Part shown: piece by piece, positions 59,980 through 64,000 of the stretch
How positions within the stretch are numbered: the stretch's first letter is position 1
How the letters are laid out: the number at the start of each line of letters is the position of its first letter
Origin: a virus
UHGV virus genome: UHGV-0277504
Direction: 5' to 3' (one strand)
DNA: 64,000 nt
Program-made: the position numbers and the translations under genes
Notes under the pieces: generated by a model
Seen by the model: the letters and a program-made list of their open reading frames with translations, nothing else
What the model was told of the DNA's origin: nothing
The model's database searches: none

Positions 59980-60297
59980 TTAAATAATTTCATCTAAAAC
60001 AATTTCCCCGTTATCAATAACGATAACACCACCTTGAATAATAAAGAAAATCAATCCTTTATATTCCCGTGCTATTCCGTAATCATAAGGCGTTTTACCA
60101 AATAGTTTGTTACGTTTATAGAATGTAATATCTTCACTGTGTAAACCACCAGGTACGTGTACAGTTAGTTCAGGATGCCAACCTGTGCCCCCTAAATCAT
60201 TTCTGTATAAGTTTTTGGACTTATACCCATCATAACCAAATGTTTCCATTATATTATTTGCAATTAATTCTATATTATTTTTATACAATATTATCAA
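59980..60297 (-). CDS. hypothetical small protein
   Basis: 105 aa. Confidence 0.45.
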   Translation of the reverse strand: MIILYKNNIELIANNIMETFGYDGYKSKNLYRNDLGGTGWHPELTVHVPGGLHSEDITFYKRNKLFGKTPYDYGIAREYKGLIFFIIQGGVIVIDNGEIVLDEII

Positions 60298-60858
60298 TTC
60301 CCTTCTGTGAATTACTGTAATTATATATTATCATTTATCTTATGATTAATCAATAGATTTACATAAATTTATTTAACTTTTTTCGTTGGTCTATTTTCTA
60401 CTATTATATGAAGAAACTGGAAAATAGGTTAAAATAAAATTAGATTGTGTACAACAAGATCTCACCATAAAAAAATTATTATATAAAAAAATTATAGTTA
60501 TGCTAAATAATAAAATAAATAAGCAGGTGTAAAATTGACTATTGATTTTGAACATGGTTTATTATATAATGGAAGTGATGACTATCTTTAAGTTAATAAA
60601 TATATTATATAAAAAAATTATATAATACCCTTTTTTTATAACCCACCCACCACTCCAATTATTATGTTAAGGCATTTTTGCCAATTTGTCAAGAGGTAAA
60701 TTTTACACTTTTTTCTTTTGTAAATAGTGTAAAATTGCCCTAAAAACTTTTAAAATTATATTTACAAATACGGTAATATGCTGTAATATATTAAGTGTAG
60801 TAAGCAAGGGAAACAAATTCCCACTACAAATATTATATAAAAAAGGAATTGATTAAAA

Positions 60859-61080
60859 ATGAAAAACGTTAAAAATTTAAAAAATTGGTTAAAAAGAAAC
60901 AATTATGATTTTGAAGAATACAACACGCCAGACGGTTGTGGGAGCACATTGAAAGGGATTATTATTCATAACATTGAATTTGCTACTGAGAATGATGAAC
61001 TAGTTGCTCTATTCCCTGATGGTGATTATGAACACATGACAAACAGACAAGCTTATAACTTTATTAGAAAAAACATTTAA
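60859..61080 (+). CDS. hypothetical small protein
   Basis: AAAAGGAATTGATTAAAAATG leader. Confidence 0.5.
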   Translation: MKNVKNLKNWLKRNNYDFEEYNTPDGCGSTLKGIIIHNIEFATENDELVALFPDGDYEHMTNRQAYNFIRKNI

Positions 61081-61112
61081 TAAAAAAATTAATTAAAAAG
61101 GAATGAATTAGA

Positions 61113-61313
61113 ATGACACATATTAAAGTAGATAAAAGAAAATCATTAAATAAAAATATAAAAGAAAATGGATTAAAAAAAGAATTAAATAAAAATAGTG
61201 GAAAAATAAAAATAAAAGAAAGTTTATTAAGAAAAGCAAAAAGAAATAATGATATAGAAAAAATTAATAAACTAGAAAATGAATTAAAAAAATTATATAA
61301 TCAATTAGACTAG
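61113..61313 (+). CDS. lysine-rich small protein
   Basis: AAAAGGAATGAATTAGAATG leader. Confidence 0.45.
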   Translation: MTHIKVDKRKSLNKNIKENGLKKELNKNSGKIKIKESLLRKAKRNNDIEKINKLENELKKLYNQLD

Positions 61314-61335
61314 GGAAAACCCTAGTCTTTTTATG
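61305..61335 (+). terminator. rho-independent terminator
   Basis: AGACTAGGG-AAAA-CCCTAGTCT + TTTTAT. Confidence 0.65.
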
Positions 61336-61359
61336 TTCTATATCTTATATCTTTTTTAG

Positions 61360-61545
61360 GGGAAATCCGTACGATACTACTTGCTATTTTTAGGGGAAAA
61401 TCGACACCAGACTACTTGAAACAACTAGCCTTTTTCATACAATACTACTTACTAATTATGTATATTTATAAGAATATTTGAATAAAATTCATACAATACT
61501 ACTTACATTATATAGGTAAAATATAGACAATACTACTTGAATATA
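61360..61545. repeat. iteron-like array: five copies of (A)ATACTACTT(G) spaced 35-50 bp
   Basis: GATACTACTTGCT (61371), AGACTACTTGAAA (61408), AATACTACTTACT (61441), AATACTACTTACA (61491), AATACTACTTGAA (61526). Confidence 0.55.
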
Positions 61546-62162
61546 TAATAGTATTCAGGAAGGTAGTGGGTAGATTAACCCCCTAGTATTAAAAAAGATA
61601 TTAATACTAGAGCTAAATCATATTTCAGTTTAGGCTAGGTCTAGTTTCATTTTTGTTAATATTTTTACACGCACTCTTATCCACGCAACCTAAATTAATA
61701 GGTTAATACTACCCCGTTCATATTGAACCTAAGAGTCCTCCCTGTCCTTTATTGCTTGGTAGACATCACCAACTATGGTAGAAGGTATAGTGTATCTATA
61801 CCTACAAAGTATAAGCATTGCATATCTTATACCCGCCCTGTGAGTTTTATGCAGGTGCTCGTGGCTCACTACCACCACATCGTTGTCGCTATTCCTATAG
61901 GTTCCTATGCATGACCTATACTCATCAGCTCTTTATCTTATTGTACTTATACTATACCATACTTTTAATATCAGGTCAAGTAAAAAATGATAACTTTTAC
62001 TTATTATTTGATATAAGTTTATCTTATTATAAATAAAACTTTTTTGAAATTTTTAAGCAACCTATCGTAAAAATTTTTAAGGGGGTATCATCCTAAATTT
62101 TTTAAGGTCTTCATCCTAAAATAACAAACCGCTTCGAGAATTTAATCTGAAGCGGTTTGTTA

Positions 62163-62363
62163 TTATAAAGTATTGTTAACTTCTTTAAGTAATTTTAATA
62201 ATTCATCATATTTTTCATCTGTCAATCTACTATTTTCTTTTAAAGTTTTATCTAAGAAGTTAGGTAATTCTTCATCAGAATAAGATGTTCCTTTACCTAA
62301 TTCTTCTAAATAACGTTTTACTATATACTCTACTGTTTCTAATTCTTTTAGTGATTCTCTCAT
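62163..62363 (-). CDS. hypothetical small protein
   Basis: 66 aa; hairpin CCGCTTC…GAAGCGG downstream. Confidence 0.45.
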   Translation of the reverse strand: MRESLKELETVEYIVKRYLEELGKGTSYSDEELPNFLDKTLKENSRLTDEKYDELLKLLKEVNNTL

Positions 62364-62387
62364 ATAAACACTCCTTAATTATAAACA

Positions 62388-62723
62388 TTACTTCATACCT
62401 TTAAAAAATTTATTTAATTTAATCTTTTCTTTTTCTTCTTTTTCAAGTCTTTCTTTATTTTTTTCATCATAGAAATCAATTAATTCGTAAATAGTATCAA
62501 ACTTAGTTAATTTCTTTTTAAAATTTCTACCTTTAAGTGTGTTTAATTCAAACATTTCAACATAGTTACCCTTTGATATAGTAACAATACCTCCTTCTTT
62601 ATCAAAAACACACTCTACACCATACTCATCATTAGTTATAGTATAATAAGTATTATACCCTACATAACTTTTTCTTCCATGTTCTTTAATATAATTTTTA
62701 AATCCAAGAATATCAATATCCAT
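62388..62723 (-). CDS. small protein, distant member of the 62864/63207 paralog family
   Basis: MDIDILGFKNYIKEHGRKSY…. Confidence 0.5.
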   Translation of the reverse strand: MDIDILGFKNYIKEHGRKSYVGYNTYYTITNDEYGVECVFDKEGGIVTISKGNYVEMFELNTLKGRNFKKKLTKFDTIYELIDFYDEKNKERLEKEEKEKIKLNKFFKGMK

Positions 62724-62863
62724 TTGTATAATCTCCTTTATATTTAATACCCTTAGCTTAAGGACTTTAAAAGTCTATATGAAGCGGTAATATTTTTCTA
62801 GTACTATTTATCCTAGAAACAATACCGCTTCTATATAAGGCTCTAAATAGCTTTAGAATTAAT

Positions 62864-63205
62864 CTAGCTTAAAAAGTCTTTAACACTTGATTCAATTCTT
62901 CTTTGTTTTCTCTTTTTTTCATTTTCTTTTCTAGTAAGGTCTTCATGTAATTCATCAATTAAATCAAATACACTAGAGTGTAATTCAATATCTTTGTTAA
63001 GTTGTTCTAATTTATTTAAATCACTAAGTTCTACCTCTAATACAGTTTTTCCATTTTTACAAAATAGTAAATAATTAGAAAAAACATTTGGTTTTTTATA
63101 TTGTATCTCATAACCTTTACCTAAGTCAATATTTTTAATTCCTTTATCATTCATTCTACCATACTTATCAATGTAATTTTTTAAGTCTATACTATCAAAT
63201 CTCAT
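62864..63205 (-). CDS. small protein, tandem paralog
   Basis: MRFDSIDLKNYIDKYGRMNDKGIKNIDLGKGYEIQY…. Confidence 0.55.
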   Translation of the reverse strand: MRFDSIDLKNYIDKYGRMNDKGIKNIDLGKGYEIQYKKPNVFSNYLLFCKNGKTVLEVELSDLNKLEQLNKDIELHSSVFDLIDELHEDLTRKENEKKRKQRRIESSVKDFLS

Positions 63206-63206
63206 C

Positions 63207-63554
63207 TTATAAACCTCCTAAAAAGTCTTTAACTTTTGATTCAACTTTTCTTTGTCTTCTCTCTTCTTCACTTTCTTTTTTAGTACATTCTTCATATAAA
63301 TCATCAATTAAATTAAATACATTAGGGTATATTAAAATATTTTTATCAAGACATGTTACTTCAACCATATTATCAAGGTCTACCTTTAATACTTCTTTTC
63401 CATTTTTACAGAATAATAAATGGTTGGAAAAAATAATTGGTTCAAGATATTGTATTTCATACCCTTTTCCTAAATCAATAGTTTTAATTCCTTCATCATT
63501 TACTCTACCATACTTATCAATATAATTCTTTAAGTCTATACTATCAAATTCCAT
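63207..63554 (-). CDS. small protein, tandem paralog
   Basis: MEFDSIDLKNYIDKYGRVNDEGIKTIDLGKGYEIQY…. Confidence 0.55.
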   Translation of the reverse strand: MEFDSIDLKNYIDKYGRVNDEGIKTIDLGKGYEIQYLEPIIFSNHLLFCKNGKEVLKVDLDNMVEVTCLDKNILIYPNVFNLIDDLYEECTKKESEEERRQRKVESKVKDFLGGL

Positions 63555-63787
63555 AATATAATCTCTCCTTTAAACTTTATACTTAAATTGTACTATAATA
63601 CTTATATTTTGTCAACACTTTTATTTAAACCGCTTCTATAAAAACACTAATTTAAGTAATTTTTACACAATGTTCGTGTTTAATGCAAAATTAAGTACTT
63701 TTTCTCTAGAGAAAAGTTACATTAATTACCTATAAAAGTGAACGATACATACTACAATTATGTATAAATATTCGTATAAAAATATAC

Positions 63788-63816
63788 TTGACAACTAATA
63801 TTACTTATGCTATAAT
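63788..63816 (+). promoter_or_regulatory. sigma-70-type promoter (TTGACA-17-TATAAT)
   Basis: exact consensus. Confidence 0.6.
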
Positions 63817-63846
63817 AGTAGTATAATCAATAAGGAGGAATAATAA

Positions 63847-64000
63847 ATGGAATTTACATTAGATGATTTTGTACAATACATTCAACTTAAAGGAAATGAA
63901 GGAACTAAAGAAAAAAATGGAGTTACGTCAATAACATACCTAGTAAGTGAACACTATAGTGTAACTTATAATAGTTTTAATAAAGGTATATTGCTATTAT
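63847..64000 (+). CDS. hypothetical protein (partial, runs off window)
   Basis: AAGGAGG SD at 63832, ATG 63847, MEFTLDDFVQYIQLKGNEGTKEK…. Confidence 0.5.
   Translation, partial: MEFTLDDFVQYIQLKGNEGTKEKNGVTSITYLVSEHYSVTYNSFNKGILLL

Noticed and set aside
61723-62036. ORFs 61723..61914 and 61818..62036 (plus)
   Set aside because: They lie in the C-rich non-coding island with no SD sequence, and their codon usage is unlike all other genes (His/Cys/Pro-rich).
1-64000. CRISPR arrays or tRNA genes
   Set aside because: No regularly spaced short direct repeats with unique spacers. No tRNA-like T-arm (GGTTCRANYC) or cloverleaf candidates were found in the GC-richer non-coding islands (35160-35990, 51320-51670, 61560-62000), which are better explained as structured ncRNA or intron-like sequence.
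1-64000. Integrase, repressor/lysogeny module or attachment site
   Set aside because: No tyrosine/serine recombinase motifs or CI-like repressor were seen. The genome organisation is that of a virulent Twort-like myovirus.

Overview
This window is an AT-rich (~30% GC) segment of a virulent Twort-like staphylococcal myovirus (Herelleviridae/Twortvirinae; phage K/Twort-type gene order and protein motifs).

Coordinates ~1-32200 hold the late structural/packaging module on the minus strand. In transcription order it runs: terminase large subunit, portal, prohead protease, major capsid protein, connector/tail-completion proteins, tail sheath, tail tube, tail assembly chaperones, tape measure protein (TMP), and three muralytic tail proteins (glucosaminidase-like, SLT, CHAP).

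Coordinates ~32290-53930 hold a plus-strand early/middle module: Bro-N protein, holin-endolysin cassette, HTH regulator, RNase H, PhoH, three tandem DNA methyltransferases, HNH endonuclease, nucleoside 2-deoxyribosyltransferase, MazG, and a secreted transglycosylase-like protein. Coordinates ~53960-63560 hold a block of small, individually promoted minus-strand genes with a few interspersed plus-strand ones, typical of host-takeover or terminal-repeat regions.

The most striking feature is the density of self-splicing group I introns read from sequence. Conserved P7 (GACUAUA / AAGAUAUAGUC S-element) cores are present, P1 GGGU|...GCCC helices with U.G at the 5' splice site, and exon ORFs that terminate 0-5 nt into the intron. 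The terL gene is split into four exons by three introns, two of which carry paralogous zinc-ribbon + DUF559/Vsr-like endonuclease genes. The endolysin gene (CHAP-amidase-SH3b) is split by a 352-nt ORF-less intron with an exactly definable junction. Two tandem intron-like elements plus a candidate micro-exon follow the tail tube gene. One intron separates the TMP body from a 300-codon start-less muramidase-domain reading frame, suggesting a spliced TMP-lysin fusion.

Other notable items are two long promoter-driven structured non-coding regions and an iteron-like array next to a GC-rich non-coding island. There are also repeated promoter-associated GTAAGGTTAAGG elements, a conserved AAAAGT-TTGACA early-promoter family, conserved AAAAGGAATTGATTA translation-initiation leaders, and several small unannotated ORFs.
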